Shown: positions 1 to 6,008 of the stretch, in pieces
Position numbering within the stretch: position 1 is the stretch's first letter
How the letters are laid out: every line of letters begins with the position of its first letter
Source: Eubacteriales bacterium
GTDB lineage: Bacteria; Bacillota; Clostridia; Oscillospirales; CAG-272
Direction of reading: 5' to 3'
Assembly (NCBI GenBank): GCA_045659365.1
Contig: JAZOWT010000124.1
Coordinates: forward strand, 1 to 63,190
DNA: 63,190 nt
Translations under genes and position numbers: made by a program
Notes under the pieces: generated by a model
Seen by the model: the letters and a program-made list of their open reading frames with translations, nothing else
Told to the model about the DNA's origin: nothing
Database searches by the model: none

Positions 1-59
1 TGGTAGAATTCCAGCCTTCCAAGCTGGTCGCGTGGGTTCGATTCCCATCACTCGCTCCA
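1..59 (+). tRNA. tRNA-Gly (anticodon UCC), 5' part cut off by the window edge
   Basis: Anticodon arm CCAGC/CTTCCAA/GCTGG (11-27, TCC at 18-20). T arm GTGGG-TTCGATT-CCCAT. Acceptor 3' strand CACTCGC + T + CCA ends at 59. Confidence 0.85.
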
Positions 60-65
60 AAGTAC

Positions 66-141
66 GCGCCCATAGCTCAGTGGATAGAGTGCCCGGCTAC
101 GAACCGGTAGGTCGAAGGTTCGAATCCTCCTGGGCGCGCCA
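66..141 (+). tRNA. tRNA-Arg (anticodon ACG)
   Basis: 76-nt cloverleaf. Acceptor GCGCCCA (66-72) pairs with TGGGCGC (131-137). Anticodon loop CTACGAA (ACG at 99-101), T loop TTCGAAT, encoded CCA at 139-141. Layout parallels the E. coli tRNA-Arg(ACG) pattern. Confidence 0.9.
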
Positions 142-190
142 AAAGAAGTCTTAGATGGACCCCTGTGGTTCGGCTAAGGCTTCTTTTTTT
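120..190 (+). repeat. direct repeat copy 1 (tRNA-Arg T-loop to CCA plus terminator)
   Basis: The 71 nt at 120-190 are identical to 283-353 (offset 163) by base-by-base reading. Confidence 0.9.
144..190 (+). terminator. intrinsic terminator after tRNA-Arg
   Basis: Stem AGAAGTCTTAG (144-154) pairs with CTAAGGCTTCT (174-184, one G:U), followed by T7 (184-190). Confidence 0.7.
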
Positions 191-282
191 CGTCTTGGTG
201 GATTCGAAGGGGAAACGGCACAGAGCGGACTTCCGGTGGACGTCCGCGACCGTGGAAGACCGAGCGCGTAGCCGCGCGAGAA

Positions 283-353
283 TCGAATCCTCCTGGGCGC
301 GCCAAAAGAAGTCTTAGATGGACCCCTGTGGTTCGGCTAAGGCTTCTTTTTTT
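283..353 (+). repeat. direct repeat copy 2 (orphan tRNA-Arg 3' fragment 283-304 plus second terminator 307-353)
   Basis: Exact copy of 120-190. The upstream 191-282 does not supply the acceptor 5' strand, D arm or anticodon arm, so this is not a functional tRNA. Confidence 0.9.
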
Positions 354-487
354 TGTTTTTTGCTCCCAATTTGATTTATCACGCGTATCTGTAAGCGAAC
401 AATGGTTAAATTAACTAAAACAAATCGAATATTCGAGAGATATATCACGATCAAACTGTACAAAACGACTATTTTGATGTGTTAATA

Positions 488-516
488 TTTACTTTTATAA
501 ATATTTATGATAGAAT
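488..516 (+). promoter_or_regulatory. putative sigma-A-type promoter for the MFS transporter gene
   Basis: TTTACT (488-493), 17 nt, TAGAAT (511-516), with TG at 508-509 (extended -10). Confidence 0.4.
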
Positions 517-560
517 ATTGGTTGGAAAAAATAATCCCCTAACGGGTAAAGGAGAGCTAT

Positions 561-2081
561 ATGAACGGCTTAAAGTTAAACGTTAAGCGTACTATACTCG
601 TCGGTTTTGCCTTTTTCCTGATTTCGGCATTCTGGCAGGCCTATGATGCTATCGTACCGCTTATACTTACCAATCACTTCGGACTTCCTCAGACTGCATC
701 GGGCGCAGTAATGTCACTCGATAATATTCTGGCAGTATTTCTTCTCCCTATTTTCGGTACTATTTCGGACAAGCTCTGTACAAAAAAATGGGGCCGCAGA
801 ACTCCATTCATTCTCATTGGTACTGTTGCGGCGGTAATATTCTTCGTGTTCCTTGCATTTGTAGACTCCATGCAGTTTAACACCCTGATTGAAGCCGGCA
901 TACATGATAGATATGTAGCAGCACAAACACTTATGGATTCGGCAAAGGCAGCTCTCAGTGAGGCAAAGGCAGTCGGAGATCAGGCAGGTATTGAAGCGGC
1001 TAACGCATTAATCGATACCATAAACGCAAACATCGACAACATCAGAAACGAGGTTCTTGAGCTCACTCTTTCCAACATCTGGCCCCTCGTTGCATTTATC
1101 GGTGTGCTTCTTCTCGTGCTTATCTCTATGGCAACCTTCCGCTCCCCCGCGGTTGCGCTTATGCCTGACGTTACAGTTAAGCCCCTCCGTTCAAAGGGCA
1201 ATGCAATAATCAACCTTACCGGTACTGCCGGCGGTATTCTCGTGCTCGTTCTTGGTATGGTATTCAAGACCTCTACCCTCAGCATGCAGTACATCGGCTA
1301 CGTTATAGCGGTTGTAGCAATAATGATAACCGGCCTTATCGTCTTCATGCTCACGGTTAAGGAAAAGAAATGGGCCGCAGAAATGGAAGCGGATACTCTT
1401 CGCCTCAACCTTGAGGAGCCTGTCGAGAGCGCGGTTGCTACCGAAAGTCGCAACCTTACCAAGGGAGAGTTCAAATCACTTCTTCTCATTCTTGCATCCG
1501 TTGCGCTTTGGTACATCGGTTACAATTCTATCACCAGTAAGTACTCGGTATATGCATCCAACATTCTTGGATTTGACTTCAATATGACACTCATAATAGC
1601 ACAGGCAGCGGCAATTGTTTCCTACATCCCTGTTGGTATTATCGCCTCCAAGATGGGTAGAAGAAAGACAATTCTTGCCGGTGTTACTATGCTTGCATGT
1701 GCCTTTGCTATCGGTATTTTCATTGAGCCCACCACCCCCGAGTTTATAATGTTCCCTGTTTTCATTCTTGCAGGAATGGGATGGGCAACCATTAACGTAA
1801 ACTCCTTCCCCATGGTTGTTGAGCTTGCAAGAGGCGGCAACGTAGGAAAGTACACCGGTTACTATTACACAGCATCTATGGCGGCACAGATCGTTGCCCC
1901 CATTCTTTCCGGTGTATTCTACGATAACCTCGGAATGCGCTACACATTCTTCACCTTTGGTGCGATATTCGTAGCATTCTCATTTGTTACTATGTTCTTT
2001 GTTAAGCACGGTGACGCGAAGGACCTTGCAGGAAAGACTGCAAAGGATCTTATCAACGACAACTTTGCAGGCGAGGACTGA
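561..2081 (+). CDS. MFS transporter (GPH/SLC45-like sugar-cation symporter family)
   Basis: 506 aa with about 12 hydrophobic helices. Cytoplasmic loop motif SDKLCTKKWGRRTPFILIG resembles the GPH/sucrose-transporter (R)GRRRPF motif. GGAG RBS lies upstream of the ATG. Confidence 0.8.
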   Translation: MNGLKLNVKRTILVGFAFFLISAFWQAYDAIVPLILTNHFGLPQTASGAVMSLDNILAVFLLPIFGTISDKLCTKKWGRRTPFILIGTVAAVIFFVFLAFVDSMQFNTLIEAGIHDRYVAAQTLMDSAKAALSEAKAVGDQAGIEAANALIDTINANIDNIRNEVLELTLSNIWPLVAFIGVLLLVLISMATFRSPAVALMPDVTVKPLRSKGNAIINLTGTAGGILVLVLGMVFKTSTLSMQYIGYVIAVVAIMITGLIVFMLTVKEKKWAAEMEADTLRLNLEEPVESAVATESRNLTKGEFKSLLLILASVALWYIGYNSITSKYSVYASNILGFDFNMTLIIAQAAAIVSYIPVGIIASKMGRRKTILAGVTMLACAFAIGIFIEPTTPEFIMFPVFILAGMGWATINVNSFPMVVELARGGNVGKYTGYYYTASMAAQIVAPILSGVFYDNLGMRYTFFTFGAIFVAFSFVTMFFVKHGDAKDLAGKTAKDLINDNFAGED

Positions 2082-2095
2082 TTTAAAAAGTAATA

Positions 2096-2140
2096 TAAAA
2101 ACGCCAAGGACTAGCTCCTTGGCGTGTTGCTTTTTGTTTT
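2096..2140. terminator. bidirectional intrinsic terminator (MFS gene / asd-small ORF)
   Basis: Stem ACGCCAAGGA (2101-2110) pairs with TCCTTGGCGT (2116-2125), loop CTAGC. An A-run lies upstream and a T-run downstream. Confidence 0.75.
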
Positions 2141-2297
2141 ATCCGATTATAGCAAATTCGAGGTTCTCATACGACAACACGGTACCAATATCTGTGCCGA
2201 ACGGCAAGAGCGCCAATGCTATAAAAAGCTCTTCTCCGTTTGCATCGGTAAGTGTTGCGTACTCGCCGCTTATTCCGGTTACGCGAAATATCTTCAT
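2139..2297 (-). CDS. small hypothetical protein, DUF3006-like (52 aa, not in the ORF track)
   Basis: Translation: MKIFRVTGISGEYATLTDANGEELFIALALLPFGTDIGTVLSYENLEFAIIG. Its ATG (2297) overlaps the asd TGA stop as ATGA. The operon terminator lies after this ORF, not directly after asd. Confidence 0.5.
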   Translation of the reverse strand: MKIFRVTGISGEYATLTDANGEELFIALALLPFGTDIGTVLSYENLEFAIIG

Positions 2298-3301
2298 TTT
2301 TCTATCATAGCCTCTGCAATCTGTATAGCATTTGTTGCCGCTCCCTTGCGAACCTGGTCACCACAGCACCAAAGAGTTATGGCATTATCGTTAACTATAT
2401 CCTCGCGGATCCTACCGACGTAGACAAGGTCCTGATCACTGGTAATAAGAGGCATGGGGTAAATCTTGTTTTCTGCGTCATCATAGAGCTTACAGCCGGC
2501 ACATTCAGCAATTGCCGCCTTAACCGCCTCAACGGAAAGCTTATCCTCGGTAATAACAGTAGCCGAAATAGAGTGAGATCGAACAACAGGAACGCGGACA
2601 CAGGTGCAAGTTACCTTAAGGTCGGGATTGTGAAGAATCTTTCTTCCCTCGTTCTGCATCTTCATTTCCTCGGTAGTATATCCGTTTTCAAGGAATGAGC
2701 CAATCTGAGGAATAAGGTTTTCGGCAATCTGGTACTGGAACACAGAGTTTGTGATCTCACCGCCGTTTACAATAGCGCGCATCTGGTCGCCAAGCTCGAC
2801 GGGACCTGCCGCACCGGCACCGCTGGTTGCCTGATATGTGGAAGCCACAATACCTTTTATCTTAGAAAGCTTATTGATAGCGTTTACTGCAACGAGTGTG
2901 ATGATCGTAGAGCAGTTGGGGTTGGATATAATGCCCTTTTTGTTATTAAGAGCATCCTCTGCATTAATTTCGGGAACTACAAGCGGAATATCAGGATCCA
3001 TGCGAAAAGCACTGGAGTTATCGATAAAGATCGCTCCGGATGCAACAATGTCCTCGGCAAACTGCTTTGCAACTGCGTTTGATGCCGCACCAAGAACGAA
3101 GTCGAGGCCTTTGAAGGCTCCAAAGTCAGCAAGCTCTATAGTAAGCTCACTGCCGGCAAACGGAACCTTTTTGCCAACACTTCTCTCGCTTGCAAAAAGC
3201 TTAAGAGTATTTATTGGAAAATTCCTCTCCTCGAGTACCTTTATCATTTCCCTACCCACGGCGCCACTGGCACCGAGAATACCTACATTATACTTTTTCA
3301 T
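2294..3301 (-). CDS. asd: aspartate-semialdehyde dehydrogenase
   Basis: 335 aa. N-terminal Rossmann motif VGILGASGAVG, active-site region SNPNCSTI. Confidence 0.95.
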   Translation of the reverse strand: MKKYNVGILGASGAVGREMIKVLEERNFPINTLKLFASERSVGKKVPFAGSELTIELADFGAFKGLDFVLGAASNAVAKQFAEDIVASGAIFIDNSSAFRMDPDIPLVVPEINAEDALNNKKGIISNPNCSTIITLVAVNAINKLSKIKGIVASTYQATSGAGAAGPVELGDQMRAIVNGGEITNSVFQYQIAENLIPQIGSFLENGYTTEEMKMQNEGRKILHNPDLKVTCTCVRVPVVRSHSISATVITEDKLSVEAVKAAIAECAGCKLYDDAENKIYPMPLITSDQDLVYVGRIREDIVNDNAITLWCCGDQVRKGAATNAIQIAEAMIEK

Positions 3302-3336
3302 AATTGTGTTTTCCTTCGTAAACTTGCGATAAAATA

Positions 3337-4686
3337 TTAGAAATCGTGAAGCACTGTGATTGCTTTCTCGTAATTGTCATTATCGACACCGATCATAATA
3401 TTTACTTCGTCAGCGCCCTGAGAAATTACGCGAATGTTTACGCCTGCTTCTCCGAGAGCGGTAAATATCTTTCCGGCAATACCGACGTTTCGGCTAAGAT
3501 TTCGTCCAACGACCGCAATAAGGCTGATATCGTTTACGATCTTTACGGAATCGGGAGCAAGCTCCTGCTCTAAACGTGTCACCACTGCGTGGAATTTGTC
3601 TTTGATAGCACTACTTCTGACAATAAACGAGAAAGTATCTATGCTACAGGGGATCTGATCGATATTTATCTCAAAATCCTCAAAAATTTCAAGCGCCCTT
3701 CTGATGCAACCGGGCTCCTCGCGCATTCCAGCTTTAACTACAGTAACGATTGAGTAGTCCTTCTTTCCGGAAATACCGGTGATGGGACGAAGCTGTGCCT
3801 GAGCATCCTTATCCTCGTCGAAAGTTTCCATAACCAACGTTCCGTTAGCGGTAATATCCTTTGTGTTCTTGATATACAAAGGGATACACTTGTTTCTTAC
3901 GGGAAAAACCGCCTCCTCATGAAGAACGTCTGCACCCATATAGGAAAGCTCGCGGAGCTCCGAGTAAGTAATTTTATCAATCGGGCGAGGATTTTCAACT
4001 ATTCGCGGGTCGGCAGCGAGAATTCCGGAAACGTCAGTCCAGTTCTCGTAAGCAGTTGTGCTAAGCGCCGCCGCTACTATCGAGCCGGTGATATCCGAGC
4101 CGCCGCGAGTGAAGGTCTTGATGCTCTTATCAGGCATCGCACCGTAAAATCCAGGGAAAACCATACGCTGCTCAGTCTCTGCAATACGTGAAAGATTAGC
4201 ATACGACTCCTCAAGATTTACCTTACCGTTATAATTGAATACAAGCCAATCTGCGCTATCTACAAACGTATACCCAAGATGCTTTGCCATTATCCGCGCA
4301 TTCCAGTACTCACCGCGCGATACGATGTAATCAACACTGGTTTTCTTGCTCAGGTTAGCCTTAAACTCCTCAAAATCATCATCGAGGAACTTTTCTATTC
4401 CGCAATACTCACAAATTTCGTCATATCTGGCCTTTATTTTGCTCAGTATTTCATCATACGGTGCATTATACTTGATATGTGCGCGGAGCAGATACAACAA
4501 ATCGGTGACCTTTATGTCAGTGCTATGTCTTTTACCAGGAGCAGAAACAACGACCAGCGCTCTTGCCGGATCGGCATTCACAATGCCCTTTACCATATCG
4601 AAGCACTCACCCGTCGCAACAGACGAGCCACCAAATTTTACTACTTTTACTATTTTACCTCTCGATACCTGCAAAGAAACTCTCAC
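3337..4686 (-). CDS. lysC: aspartate kinase
   Basis: VVKFGGSSV kinase motif, C-terminal ACT-type region. The start is uncertain: GTG 4686 or TTG 4674, with no in-frame ATG. Either start overlaps the end of hom. Confidence 0.9.
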   Translation of the reverse strand: MRVSLQVSRGKIVKVVKFGGSSVATGECFDMVKGIVNADPARALVVVSAPGKRHSTDIKVTDLLYLLRAHIKYNAPYDEILSKIKARYDEICEYCGIEKFLDDDFEEFKANLSKKTSVDYIVSRGEYWNARIMAKHLGYTFVDSADWLVFNYNGKVNLEESYANLSRIAETEQRMVFPGFYGAMPDKSIKTFTRGGSDITGSIVAAALSTTAYENWTDVSGILAADPRIVENPRPIDKITYSELRELSYMGADVLHEEAVFPVRNKCIPLYIKNTKDITANGTLVMETFDEDKDAQAQLRPITGISGKKDYSIVTVVKAGMREEPGCIRRALEIFEDFEINIDQIPCSIDTFSFIVRSSAIKDKFHAVVTRLEQELAPDSVKIVNDISLIAVVGRNLSRNVGIAGKIFTALGEAGVNIRVISQGADEVNIMIGVDNDNYEKAITVLHDF

Positions 4687-5800
4687 CGTCCTTCTTTAAA
4701 ATTTCTTCTGCGATTTCATGCATCGCAGAAACGCTTATAAGGTTTGTAATTATAAAATTATATCCGTTAATTACTTTATTGCTCTTAATGATTTCGGCCG
4801 GAACGTCAGCCTTGGTTCTTACATAATAATTCTTTGAAACAGAGCTGTTATCTACCTTGATGTTCGCTCCGGGAGAAATGGTCGAAACGTCACCGTTTAT
4901 AATGTCGATAACGTCATGCGCAACTGCGGTACCGGTCGGGTACTTTCCCGCCCCCTGTCCGAAGAATGAAAGCTGACCGACGTTGTCGCCTACCAGCGAT
5001 ATCATATTGTTGTTCTTCTTAACACAGGATAACAGTGAGTCGTTATCAATGATAGTAGGCTCAACGTATGCAGAAGCAGTATTTCCGTTGCGGACACCGG
5101 TGCCAACGTACCTAACAGACATTCCCATCTCGCCCATGATGTAATCGACATCGCATTTTTTGATGTTCCTGAGACCGAATATAGCCACCTGATCGTCTGA
5201 GATCTCAGTATCAAAGGCAATCGATGAGGAAATAGCGGTTTTGCGCGCAGTATCAAGACCGTCGATGTCAGCAGAAGGATCTGCCTCTGCATAACCGAGC
5301 TTTTGAGCAACTGCCAAAACCTCAGAAAAATCAGCCGAGTCGGTTATCATAGCATCAAGAATAAAGTTGGTTGTTCCGTTCATTATTCCAAATACCTTGG
5401 TTATGTTATCGCAGCGGGTTGCTCTACGAAGATTATGAAGCCATGGGATTCCGCCGCCTGCACTGGCAGAAAAGCGCACGGTCACACCATACTCCTTTGC
5501 CAGCGTCAAAAGCTCGTCGTAATACGTGCATATAAGGTGCTTGTTAGAGCTGACTACGTGCTTCCCTGCCTTTATTGCTTTTACCAAAAATGTATGCGCA
5601 GGCTCAAGGCCGCCAATTGCCTCCGCAACAACACCAATCTCTTTATCATTCAATATATCATCGTAATTCGTGGTAAGTACATCACCAAGCTCGTCATGTG
5701 CGCGGATATCAAGAACCTTCCCCACTGTATATCCGGAGGCCTTGAGGATTTCATATGCACCGGAACCGACTATACCAAATCCAAGGATTGCAATTTTCAT
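4655..5800 (-). CDS. hom: homoserine dehydrogenase
   Basis: MKIAILGFGIVGSG Rossmann N-terminus, central homoserine-DH region, C-terminal ACT-like part. ATG 5800 has the RBS AAAGGAAG 7 nt upstream; the ORF-track TTG 5806 is less likely. Confidence 0.9.
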   Translation of the reverse strand: MKIAILGFGIVGSGAYEILKASGYTVGKVLDIRAHDELGDVLTTNYDDILNDKEIGVVAEAIGGLEPAHTFLVKAIKAGKHVVSSNKHLICTYYDELLTLAKEYGVTVRFSASAGGGIPWLHNLRRATRCDNITKVFGIMNGTTNFILDAMITDSADFSEVLAVAQKLGYAEADPSADIDGLDTARKTAISSSIAFDTEISDDQVAIFGLRNIKKCDVDYIMGEMGMSVRYVGTGVRNGNTASAYVEPTIIDNDSLLSCVKKNNNMISLVGDNVGQLSFFGQGAGKYPTGTAVAHDVIDIINGDVSTISPGANIKVDNSSVSKNYYVRTKADVPAEIIKSNKVINGYNFIITNLISVSAMHEIAEEILKKDGESFFAGIER

Positions 5801-5862
5801 GAACAATCTTCCTTTCTTATGATATGCATTATGTGGCTGACTGGATTTTTAATGCAACAAAT

Positions 5863-5893
5863 TTGAAAAAATGCTACATAAATAGTGTATAAT
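5863..5893 (+). promoter_or_regulatory. putative promoter P1 upstream of thrC-thrB
   Basis: TTGAAA (5863-5868), 19-nt spacer, TATAAT (5888-5893). Confidence 0.35.
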
Positions 5894-5947
5894 CAAACAG
5901 CAAAACCAGACAAAATAAAAATTTTTGTGTCTTTATTTCAAAAACAC

Positions 5948-5976
5948 TTGTATTTGGATGAAAAATAGTGTATCAT
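5948..5976 (+). promoter_or_regulatory. putative promoter P2 upstream of thrC-thrB
   Basis: TTGTAT (5948-5953), 17 nt, TATCAT (5971-5976). Confidence 0.4.
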
Positions 5977-6008
5977 ATAAACTATGAAAAGTCAAGAGGT
6001 ATACGAAA

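Noticed and set aside
191-282. GC-rich filler considered as a complete unusual tRNA, a tmRNA-like gene or a group I intron-containing tRNA
   Set aside because: No acceptor 5' strand (GCGCCCA) is present to pair with the duplicated 3' strand, and there is no D arm or anticodon arm. At 92 nt it is far too short for an intron or tmRNA.
5807-6008. T-box, lysine riboswitch or leader-peptide attenuator in the hom / thrCB spacer, including the short ORF MKSQEVYENVLHKHSK starting at 5984
   Set aside because: The spacer is too short and too AT-rich for a T-box or L-box, and I saw no specifier or antiterminator motifs. The mini-ORF has no Thr or Ile codon run and simply overlaps the thrC start out of frame.
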